A stretch of DNA of 64,000 nucleotides from Raillietiella orientalis. Taxonomy: Eukaryota. Under the pieces are notes generated by a model, which saw only the letters and a program-made list of their open reading frames with translations, had not been told where the DNA came from and made no database searches. The translations under genes were made by a program, and so were the position numbers. This document shows positions 11,401-21,949 of this stretch, one piece after another; the stretch's first letter is position 1; every line of letters begins with the position of its first letter. Location of the stretch: the NCBI GenBank assembly GCA_036172245.1, contig JAYWIR010000001.1, positions 11,780,001-11,844,000 of the forward strand, given 5' to 3'.

Positions 11401-11589
11401 AAAAGATAGCGCCGTGTGACGCCTCCACGATTTGCCTGGTCACTCAACGCCTACGCCACCTGCCGAAGTCGACCCCCGGGAGGCAGCACATGTGGTGATC
11501 CAGAAAGCCGGACTTTTTTCCTGTTCGAAATGTGAGCCGAGGACAGGTCGAGGTCATCTGGTCTTCCTCTTTGACAGGCGCCTGGGAAA

Positions 11590-12915
11590 ACAGTCTTCTC
11601 AAGGAGATACCTGCTCGAGGGGTCAGCTCTCTCCTTTCCATCCGGCTCCTGCAGTCGCCTTGGACGCCAAGGTCTCTGCGAGCGCCGCCCGCCCAGAGTC
11701 CCCTGCCACTTCCTCCTGTCCAGGTCTCGGTACGCCATCCTTCGGGTCTCAAGGTGCTGTCCGGTGTCGGTTGAATTGACGGGCATCGAGGAGCGCAACC
11801 TGGTCAAGAACCGAAGAGTACACCCGAAGGCGTGCTCCTCAGTTCTTGACCAGAGGTCAGGATCCCTAAATTCCCCTTGGTGCGAGCGCTCGCACGGCGC
11901 CTTGGCTGCCACTCCATCGACTGGAAGCGCATAGCGATGAACCCTGGAAGTCATGCGGTGGAATGCTCCAGCGCGACATTCTTCGAGTCCGAAGACGCAA
12001 TCACCCACAGCACGCCCCTCTGGGCCTCATGTGGTTCAAGGGACATATCGTCTTCGACCCGGAGCGAACGGATCGTCAAACCCTTGCGGCCACAGTGTTT
12101 GACCAACATGCGATCATCTGCCACGCGAGATGCACCGGCATGTCGGCCAAACCGCAGAGATTCCAAAGCCCGTTCAGACGGCGCAGCTGAATCAAGAAGC
12201 CACGCCCAAGGCCTACTGCTCCATCTGGCACGGGCATGGCCACCCATTCCTCGGGGAGCAGTTTCTGGCATTCCAATGCATGGCTTCCACCTCCTGCTTC
12301 CTGAGATCTTCCTTGACCTGCCGTTCCAGCTCTGTTGCACGTACCCCACAGAAGGAGATCGCGGGAATAATGCCGCGCGCCATACAGAATGCAGGCATGC
12401 CTGCTGGCTTGCACCCCTCTTCCTTGCCTCATCACGCAATGGCGCGACGAGGTCGCGAGCCACACAGCATGGGCGGCACGCGGAAGCCGGGAAGTCGAGG
12501 GCAGAGAAGGAATCAGGCGTCGAGCTGCACCCTACGAAGAAGAGAGCAGACCCGCAGTTCTGTACGTGACATGGTATTCGGAGAATGCCCTGAAGCACTC
12601 GGGAGCATAAGACGAGTGCGCACACTCTCCCTGGAGGACGTTCCGGTGGCAGTGCCCAGATGTCCGTCAAGGAGGATCACAAATTCGGGTGCGCTCAACA
12701 CTCGCGGGGTAGCTGCGATTGTGGTACCCGACCAGCGGTCAAGTACTCCAAGATCCCGAGGTCTTGCACCGATCACCTAAGGAATTTCGCAGCGTCTGAT
12801 ATTCAGGTGCAGGAGGAGCACCTAGCGAGCTCATCGCCCGAACCATACTCCGGACGATCCGAAGATCATCTGGTGCATTCCGACCTGCAAGAAGAGAGGA
12901 TCGATCGTCTTCCAG
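11590..12915 (+). pseudogene. Decayed L1/Tx1 ORF1 (RRM, two degenerate zinc knuckles) and APE endonuclease
   Basis: Read across frameshifts: RRVH...PQFLT...VRALARRLG; IICH...HVG; PKAYCSIWHGHGH (one base from CxxC..GH); EN-like SGALNTRGVAAIV and PDDPKIIW...RIDR. Confidence 0.55.
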
Positions 12916-13620
12916 AGAGTTAGCTTTGGCGTGTCGGTGTCAGAACTCGGAGGGGGAACGCCACCCGGAAGTTGGGAAGCACACCGTCAGGGTTGGCGTG
13001 GAGGAGGCCCAGAAACGCGGCGTCCACCCGGGTTCGACTATCGTAAGCGACCCCCCTCCCTTTGCTGAATACCCCGAGTGGATGTTCCCTTTCGTCCTGC
13101 TACCTGTGGGGGTGGAGCCACAAGCGTGTAGAGGGGTAGAAATTCGACGAGTAACCTCAGTCTGAGAGGTCCGATTCCCCGGCTCTCGGACGGAAGAGAT
13201 GCGAGAGTGGACGGCGGAGGTGGCAGAAACGCCCTCCTTCCTTTCCATCCTTCTCGTGTACTCCAGAACTTTGCAAAACCCTTCATTTATTCAGCACCTG
13301 CTGCCACGCCACAGACAATCCACACTAACTGCTTCAACCGTTTCCCTGGGGAAATTACTAGATATTCTGACCTGTTTGTGGTACGGTTTGGTTCGAAATC
13401 TCGAACGATCAAAATCCCGAAGGATCATGAAAAAATGAACGTGTACTTATTCTAGATAGATTACTGTACAAATTTGTTATAATATGCGTAGTTGTTGCTA
13501 TTTGTTAACATGCATATTATTGAGAGTAAGATTACCCGAACAGATATATTTATGAAGATTCAGTGCCATACATTTTATTACATATTTATAATAAAATTTT
13601 TGTATGTATAATCATAATAT

Positions 13621-13885
13621 ATATTCATATAAAATGAAATATATGAATTCATTCTCTCTCTATATATATATGTTTCATCATATCCCATTTCATTCATATA
13701 TATTCATATAAAATGAATATATATGAATTCATTCTCTCTCTATATATATATGTTTCATCATATCCCATTTCATTCATTTCAAGTCATTATACATATATAT
13801 GTATGATTCATATAAATGTACATATGAATATAAAATGAATTGAAAATGAATGAAAGAAGATATGATGAAATCTATTTATATACGA
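13621..13885. repeat. AT-rich ~79-bp tandem duplication followed by a diverged inverted partial copy
   Basis: 13621-13697 is repeated at 13700-13777; ~13820-13885 is an imperfect reverse complement of ~13745-13800. Confidence 0.8.
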
Positions 13886-13981
13886 ATATATATATATATT
13901 GGATATATGAAAACATGTATATGAATATGTACATTTATTAGAGAGAAATCTATATTATAATTATATATTCATTATATATAT

Positions 13982-14220
13982 CAGTGCTTCCCAAAATGGG
14001 CGACACCGCCCACCCCGTGGTGGACGCTGGAACGATTCAGGAAGACGATAGTAGCCTCAAGTGCAATTGGGGGGAGTTGAATAGAAATAGAGGGGAAAGA
14101 ATAAGGAAAGAGGAGAAGATGAGGAAATTTTAAAAAAAACATCCGTACACGTTTTATCTGTACTATAGGAGTTGGGTCGTAGTTGGGTTAGGCACTTTGT
14201 CTCCTAAATAAAATGCAGGT
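13982..14220 (+). mobile_element. hAT (Buster/Charlie-type) transposon-like terminal fragment
   Basis: Begins CAGTGCTTCCCAAA, resembling the CAGTGGTTCCCAAA TIR of Charlie/Buster hATs, directly after a TA-rich tract. No matching opposite TIR was found in the window. Confidence 0.5.
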
Positions 14221-14258
14221 TGTAATCGATTCGTGGTCAAGTCTGCCGACGGGTCTCA

Positions 14259-14274
14259 TCAAGAAAGTGTTGGA
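14259..14274 (+). repeat. Target-site duplication, left copy (TCAAGAAAGTGTTGGA)
   Basis: Identical 16-mer at 17096-17111, immediately after the element's 3' end. Confidence 0.9.
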
Positions 14275-17095
14275 GTACTTTAGCAAGCGACTGAGGCAGG
14301 AAGCGTACCAGGAGCTGAACATCCAAGATCGTTCCCTCTCAAAGTACTTCGATCAGTACGAGAGTAGGTACGTCTTCCAAAACGTAAAAGGGGAGGTCGG
14401 CATGCTGGAGAAGAGAAATCTGGCGACAGACATCTGCATCCAGTACGACGGCCAGAAACGGCCCACGTCGGAAGACATCGTGCAGGCATTCCATCGACAC
14501 TACACGAAGCACTTCAGGCGACAACATCTGTGTCGTTCGATTCAGCAAGCTTTCCTGGGAAATCTCGACAAGAGGACAGACGACCTCCAGCGGAACAGAC
14601 TGGAGGAGGAGTTCTCCGAAGATGAGGTGAAAGCTGCGTTCTGTGAATTGCGCAAGGACGTGGCTGCGGGCCCTGATAGTGTTCCCATCACGCACTATCA
14701 ACGGTACCTGCATGCCTACCTGCGCTTATTCCACCAGCTGACCCTCTGCATCCGTGAAGAAGGCAGACTACCCGAGTCCTTCTACGAGAGCAGGACGAGA
14801 TTGTTGCTGAAAGGAGGCGACCTATCTAGGATAGCCCAATGGAGACCGATCTCAATCCTTAACTCGGATGCCAAGTGGTTGGCGAAGATCTGGTCCAACC
14901 GCTTAGGCAGGGTCATGTCGAAGCTCATCTCTCCGGTCCAGACGTGTGCGGTGCCCGGACGCCACATGTCGGACAATCTCAGTTTGACATTGTCCGACAG
15001 GCCACCGTGGGACTGAACCACTCAGCGAGAACCTGGTGCTGGTGTTCACTGACATGGGGAAAGCTTTCGACTCCATCAACCATGGGATGCTGCTGAAGAT
15101 TCTGGATAATCTGGGCCTTACGGAATACTTCAGCAACTTCGTGAGGATGGCACTCCAGAACCAGTACTGCCGCATCAAGATCAACGGCGAGGAGACGGCA
15201 GCAATCAAGATGGAACGGGGAGTCCGGCAGGGCGACTCGCAAAGTCCTATGCTGTTCGTCATCTACATGGAGGCGCTGTCTTCGTTTATCGAAAAGAGTG
15301 GACGCCTCCAAGGCATAACAATTGACAACCAGCGACTCACCCATCTGGCGTACGCGGATGGCCTTCTCTTCTTCATCAAGGGAGAACGGAATCAGAGCAC
15401 GTTCCTGGATGTGGTAGACTTGATGCAAGAAGGACTGGGCCCGAAGATCAACGCCCAGAAGAGCCAGCTTTTGCCCTTCGGAATCCTGGATCTCTCCGCT
15501 CTCACGGGGAGAGGATTCCGAACGGTGGACACGGCCAAGTACCTGGGAGTCTACATCGGCGACGACTTTGCGTCGAAGCTATTGTGGACGGAAATCCTGG
15601 GGAAAACGGCCAAGGAAGCAGCGAAGTACACTAGCCTGGAGTTCGGAATGAAGCGACAGGCCAACCTCTGGAATGGATTACTCCTTCCAAAGGTTCTCTT
15701 CGGAGCGGCCTTCGCCAGGATGAACAAGGAGACCACCCACGAAGTGGAAAAACTGCAGAGAAAAACACTTTGGGGACACCATCGCTTAAGAGTCTGGTTA
15801 AAACCCCTGTGTCGTCCCAGGGAAGAAGGCGGCTACGGGATGAATTCACTTGCACATTCCATGGAAACCATGGATACGCGGCACATCCTGGATATCGCTA
15901 CTCACTGGGATGACTGGCCGTATGCGGCACACAGGGCCTACGCGTTGTTGTTGAACAACTCGAAAGGCCTGATGACTGCGCTGCTAGGCCGAGCAGGGGA
16001 ATGGATCAACACCGACCCAACCTGGAGGAGAAAGCAACGGCTGGTGAGCAAGCACAAGATCAAGATCGTGCCGAGAAGCAGGGAACTCTGGCAGGAGGAA
16101 TCCATCCCATGATCCCGTGGATGCTTCCGGTCCCTGCGGACACGAGAAGCTGGATCTACCAGCGGCCCAGAGTTACCCTGCAACGCATCCAGGAGTGGAG
16201 ACGAGGAGGCTACGTACATCACACTCGTATACTTCGCTATATAGAGATGATGCTAGGCAGGTTCACCCATATGACCCGCGAAGTGTGGATAAACCACAAC
16301 GACTTCGCGTGGTCTAGGTAACCAAGATGAACCTCCGGAGACTCATTAAGGAAGAGGACAAAGACACTAGTGCCCTCCAAGAAGCCGCCGATCTCTACGG
16401 GAGTGACAGGATCAACCTGCTAGCGATCGGCACGACGCTTTGGAGGAGTGACCTTCCGCCTGGGACCCAGGATGACCTCCTGATGTTTTATCATGGAGGA
16501 ATCCAGAGTGGGTCCAGGCTCAAGTATTTCACAGGAAGAAGGGACGACGAAGACTGCACGGCATGTGGTGACATCGATACAAGATTACATATCTTGACGT
16601 GTCCCACATTGCTCCACGACTGGCTGATCCTGAAAAGGATCATTGGACTGACCACCAGCTCCACGATAGAAATCCTTGCCGGGATGTTTCAGGGAGACGG
16701 TAATGTTCCCTGCTACAATCCCATGGTGAGGACGACCATTGCTCTCTTCATCACCGCCATACTTGTGCGGTGGTGGAAGATGAGGAAAGCCAGGAGTGCC
16801 GAACCCCCGATGGAGATCCTGCAAGGACTCATCAAGAGGGAAATCGGTATCAGGAACTGTGGACGAATCCATGCCTGGACGTACCGATCCATCCTGAAGA
16901 GGATTGAGGACGACGCCAGGGACCAAACATCTGGAAACCCACCCTGAATGCAGAACTTGCGACACCCCAAGGACTTCCAAGTGAAAGTGTAAGGCATGAA
17001 TGAGTATTGAATTGTATGAATGGAAAATTGTAGTATGAATGTAATATAAAAAGAAAATAAATTTACCCCACCCCTTGGTGGGACTTGGGGAAAAT
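14275..17095 (+). mobile_element. 5'-truncated L1/Tx1-clade non-LTR retrotransposon (RT, zf-RVT, 3' UTR), inactive
   Basis: RT motifs AGPDSVP, WRPISILNSDAK, DMGKAFDSINH, GVRQGDSQSP, YADG, KYLGV and PREEGGYG; zinc motif CTAC...HILTC; ORF ends at 16947; AATAAA at 17056; flanked by a 16-bp TSD. Frameshifts near 14980-15035, ~16090-16110 and ~16320. Confidence 0.95.
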
Positions 17096-17111
17096 TCAAG
17101 AAAGTGTTGGA
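17096..17111 (+). repeat. Target-site duplication, right copy
   Basis: Identical to 14259-14274. Confidence 0.9.
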
Positions 17112-17849
17112 AGACGAGCGTGTCGCGCATTTCCATCATCCGATCCAGCATGCATCTGCAGGAATGCGTGCGTGCAATTACTTGTGTACAATACTGTAGT
17201 ATTAATAGGCAAAATTATGAAATCAAATAGAGGTGGTCTCTGAGCTGTGTGAGAAGCAGCTAAAAAGAGTGAAAGCGCATCAATTTTTTACAATAGTTTT
17301 GATAAAAGAGCAAGTTACACGTGCGTACATACATATACATTTATTTACATATCTACCATACGCTTCTGTGTCTTCGAGCGTTTAGTAATAATAAAATTGT
17401 AGCATGCTTGTGTCGGTACAATACTTTTTGAAGTGTACAGTTGATATATTTGTCAAATTTTTTATTACAATATTGGCGAAAGCAGGAGAACGAAATCGTG
17501 AAAAAACTGTTGACTATTAACAGTTATTTATATTTCATTTCTATCGAATCATTTGGTAAATAAGAAGGTACATTTTGGTGCTGTTGGGAGGAAATGACAA
17601 TCTTCGTGGAAGGCGCTCCCCACTCTAAAAGTCATCCAAGTAGAGAAGGGCGAAATTTCCAGAAAGGTAAGAGGCAGCCACGCCGAACTGATCGTCGAAT
17701 GCCTTCCAGCATTGCGGACTTCATCGGCTGAGGTAACGGCAGTCTAAAAATAACGAAACTTCTTCGGGATGGTCAACTGTTCCGCCATGTTCCCAGCAAA
17801 CAGAGTGGGTACTCTGGAAGGGAGAAGGGACATAGGAAGTATTTGCAGT

Positions 17850-18600
17850 ATTGTACGCTCGTGGAAAGCATCAGCTCTTGGAAATCTGACTCAAAGATGC
17901 TGTTTGCAATCAAGAAGCGAAAAAGGAAACATCGACTGCCTGCTTATCTTAAGGTACGGATGCTGAAACTGGGAATTGTGCAAGGAAGATTAGCAGAGCT
18001 CCTAGAGAATCGCGAACACATGGATGGTGCTACGGTCGACAGGGAGGAGACTGTGGAACTTCCTCCCTCCTTCCTGAGGCTATTCGAACTCTATCAAGGA
18101 TCGATTGCCTTGCCTGAAGCGAGGAAATGTCCGGCAGTCCGGGACGAGAAGGTGAGAGGCAGCTGACGTGCCATTTTTGCGTTCTTCCACGGTCTCTTCA
18201 AGGAATGCTCCTTTTCGTGTTTCTGGCCCTGTTGGCTCCAGGTGGAACGATCCAGAAGTTCGCCAAGAGCGACGATCTCGATTTCTGGAGCTTCCAGGGG
18301 ATCATCCCCAGTGTGGAACGCTCTACGCTCACTTCGGGCTCTCCAGACCTGGGAGGGAAGATCCCAGCGTGGCTCCCTTCTGCAGCGTTGCAGATGCCTG
18401 GCCCGCAAGCTTCCCTCCGCGGGATTCGAAACGATCGGTCGTTCCGGAGATGTGACGGCAATGCCTCTGCCGGAAGGTCTTTTGCCCGCCTTACCCAACA
18501 GTTCCGAAAAGGGGGAACGAAATCGATGGCGGGAAGCTCTGTACACACAATGACTGTGCGCTCAGCGCCACAGGATCACTGATCAATGGCCTTCTTAGCT
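17850..18600 (+). pseudogene. Decayed L1 ORF2 C-terminal (zf-RVT) fragment
   Basis: LPPSFLRLFELYQGSI...CHFC... parallels LPP...FYHGGI...CTAC in the 14275-17095 element. Confidence 0.5.
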
Positions 18601-18639
18601 GCTGGGGAAGCATGACGGAAGGAAAAGTGCCGAGAAAAC

Positions 18640-19600
18640 CAATAGCGAGTCCCCTATTTGCCCCCCAGCGGCGGCGGCATTTTCGGTACCTGGAGACGCT
18701 TTCCGTTTTCCGAGTAGACCCACCCCATTCACCGGGTACTCCAGTTTCACCTGGCGGCGGTCCCCAGAGCGTCGCGTCGCGGCAAGTCCGCTATCTTTGC
18801 CTGCTTTACAGAGTAATACAAAGTAACGCGGAGGGACGCCATCGACGAAGCCCTGGCAGATGTCACTGCACGCTGCAAAGTACGAATCCCTTCGACAACG
18901 ACGACGCACAGGATACGCGGGTCTCGAAGGAATGCTAACCGCTAGCGTTGGACCCCTCCCACGAGCGGGAAGTTTTGAGGGAACTACGAGGGTCCTGCAA
19001 GGGAGTCTCCCCGTAGCTTTCCATCTCGGCAGGTTCTTCCTGCTCCGAACGTGGAGGCTGACGACCCTGATCGTTCGGGGGCTGCGATGCCAGCAGGCGC
19101 TGACCTCAGGGGCTCCAAGGACTACACGAAATACCCGCGGGGTCGCGTCTTCAGGAAGCATGCTCCGAGAGGGAGGCTACTGCCTTCAATCGAGCCCTGC
19201 TGCTGTCCAAAGATTGCTGGAAACTGGTTCTTCACGCGGAGGAATCGCCACCACCCCCGAGGCGCCAGAGGTGCTCCGGACGATCCGAAGTTCCGTTTGT
19301 TTTCTTCCCGCAACGACCTCTTGTGACACGGGCAGGTCCAGACTACGCTGGAGTTCCCCTATTACCATCCCCGCCGCAGTCATCTTATCAGCTGCCCGAG
19401 GATGAATGCCAGTGATATCCTCCGCTGGGGTCCGAGGGAAATCCCAAGTGGCTTCGCTGCCAGCGCGGATGTCCTCTGCCTGGTCCGTGGTTGTTAAGGG
19501 CATCGTCCGTCCGTTTCTTTCCGCCCCTGCACCCATTTTTCATGAGAGTCGCCTCGGGCATTCCGCGGTTGAGGACCGAGGGATTGCCCTCGGTCCTCAC
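18640..19600 (-). pseudogene. Decayed L1 RT/thumb fragment
   Basis: VLNRG...KNGCRGG (cf. GVRQG), SGA.., KLPARGR..LA.S..SR..Y and YPVNGVGLL (cf. GGLGL). Confidence 0.45.
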
Positions 19601-20059
19601 CCCATCCCTTCCAGCAGCAGCACCGTCTTTTCATCTCCGGCTTCTCGATAGCGGCTCTGGGAGATGGCAAGTATCAGGATGGGACATGAGCTCGGGGGAC
19701 AGAGAAGGACAGCGGAGGAGGACGCTGGGAACCAAAGCTCTGGAGCTTCCCGTTCGTCCTCACGAGGTGGTCCTCTCTGCCTCCGAGATGCCGTACTACC
19801 TCTCGTGTTTCGTACGCACGCCGGCAGCGTCGGTTCTGCAGAATGGGAAGAGGGGGCTCTTTCCATTTTTTCTCTCCCTTTCCCGCCGTCTCGCCTTCCG
19901 AGCAGCTTCTGCGGACGCCGGAGACCGACCGCCGCAACCGCGTTATTGACCGCAGCCTCGCGCTCTGGTAGAAGGCATCTATCTCTCTTGCGGGAAAAGG
20001 GTCCATCCCTGTTCCCCTTCCCTCCCTCGTCCTTTTCCGTCTTTTTGGACTCCCCTCAG

Positions 20060-21867
20060 GGAAGAGCGGAGAGCAAATCCGAGCCCGGTTCCCCTCTGGA
20101 GGGCGCTATGAAGCGAGCGAGGATAGAGAGATGGTAAGCGGCACTCACCGGGCGCCGAACATCCCAGCATTCGTCCCCGAGAAAGGGAGAAGGAACGGAG
20201 CTCGCGTGTGGTGACCGGACTGCCGGTAACGTCACTCCACCCGGCTTCTAAGTCCGTCAGGAAGCGGCGCTAGCGCTACCGGACGCTGGAAAAGGGCGGA
20301 CGCATCCGTTCACACCCTACCCTCCTCAGCCACGAGCGAGCGCCCCTTTCTCTTCCGTGTGGAGGACCACCACCGCCACCATCCACCCGCCTGCTCGGCA
20401 GCGCCGGTCCGCGTGCCAGGCAGGAAGCCTACACAGCTTTACCAATGGAGGGTCTCCTAGCAACGGGGTTTGCCCGCCTCCGGCTGACTCCGCCTGAGAG
20501 ACGAGAAAGAGCCCTGCCCGCCCTACCCGAGCCGCCCCCCGGAGATGTTCTCCTTCTTACAGGTAGGTACGCTGCGGGCGACAGCGCCATCATCCGCCTC
20601 CCCGCAGTCGAAGCTGAAGGGCGCCGCTGCTCCCACGGGAACCCGTCTGGCGCCACAGGCCAGGTGGAAGAGCAGCCACTCGGGAGCCATCTCCAAGTAC
20701 GCTGGAGTAAAGATGTCGTTCCCGGTGGTCTCTACCCCGGCATCCCGCGGGAGACTGCCCCCCACGCCCGTGGCAGCCGCCGCCAAGGACCCAAGGAAGG
20801 AAGGCGGCATCCCGGGCGCGGGGAACCAGAGGGAGGCCCGGGAAAGGCTGCAGCGGCTCCAGAGGAAGCTGGACTCCCTGAAGGGGAGACTGGGCTTCGC
20901 CGAGGACACAGTCCTCGGGCCGAATGAGCCCTTCTCACCCCCGGGAGTCATTGTCTTGGGGATCGTCGCCGTGCTTGTCGCCAGCCTGCTGTCCTTGGCC
21001 TACGTCCTCTGGATCCTGGCCGGGAGGAAGGTGAGGACGCTCCCGGGGAAAGACCACCTCGCGCTCTGGCGGGGAGACGCAGCTGCTTCGGGGACTCTCT
21101 TCAGGGAGGCGCTTCTGGAGTTCCGTCGCCCTAGGGGACATCGTGGCACACCTCGCTGCCAATCCATAGTCCAGAGAGGGGGCAGACAGCGAGAAGCTCG
21201 TGAGGATAAGGGGGTCGAGAAGTGGGGAAGCTCCTTCTTTCTCCCCCGCCGGAGAGGGGAAGCGCGCTCTCTCCACATCCCGGAGAACAGCAGAGTCGCT
21301 CTCGTTTCCCGGAAAACGAACCGTCCCTCGCTCTCTGATGGCTCCAGATTCCCCCTCTCTTCAGGTGGGGGGAGGAAGGTCGCGGTTGTCCTCCGGCTGC
21401 TCTCCTCCAGTCACGCGCGTGGTCTCCCCCCTCTGTCCCTCCCATGCGGAGACGTTCTCCCCATGTAGGAAATGGACCGAAGGGTGGCACTGAGGAGCGC
21501 CTGCGGGGCGGCGGAGACGGAGACCGTCCTGAAGAAGCTCTTGGGGATCAGCAAGGAGCTGCACGAGGTGAGTGCTGCCTAAGTGGGGTGTGGTGGGGTG
21601 CGACCGGTGAGGATGGTTGGGCGCGGCGCGGCGTCCCTTGCCCGGCACTGCCCTCCAGGGTGGGCATAGTGCGTGTTTCTCCCCTCCCCCTCTTCCTTTT
21701 TCTCCGTGGTCCAGACTGGCGAACGGGGGCCAAAGGAGAATACGGAGCTCTTTGTCCCCCTTTCCTACCGTCCCTTCCTTTCCGCCGCGCTCGCCTCCCG
21801 GTCGCCAACGACAGCCAGCTACTGCCTCTCGAGTAGCGGCGTGCAAAAAAAGTCTCAGGAGCGCTAG
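20060..21867 (+). CDS. Spliced gene fragment encoding coiled-coil, transmembrane helix and coiled-coil (candidate exons 20060-20133, 20563-21030, 21469-21567, 21715-21867); gene or pseudogene
   Basis: Polypyrimidine-AG acceptors and GTAAGC/GTGAGG/GTGAGT donors join in phase 0: ...ERLQRLQRKLDSLK...VIVLGIVAVLVASLLSLAYVLWILAGRK/EMDRRVAL...VLKKLLGISKELHE/TGERGPKENTEL. Confidence 0.5.
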
Positions 21868-21949
21868 AGGCTCCTACCCCACCGGTGATGGGCAACCACT
21901 CGGTGGGGTTACCCACCGGATGGTTGCCCTGCGGTGGTGAGTAGTGCCA

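Noticed and set aside
12513-12776. DDE_1 (pogo-like) transposase suggested by VILLDGH on the minus strand
   Set aside because: No following LPP..H.LQP.D motif; the plus strand reads better as an APE endonuclease relic.
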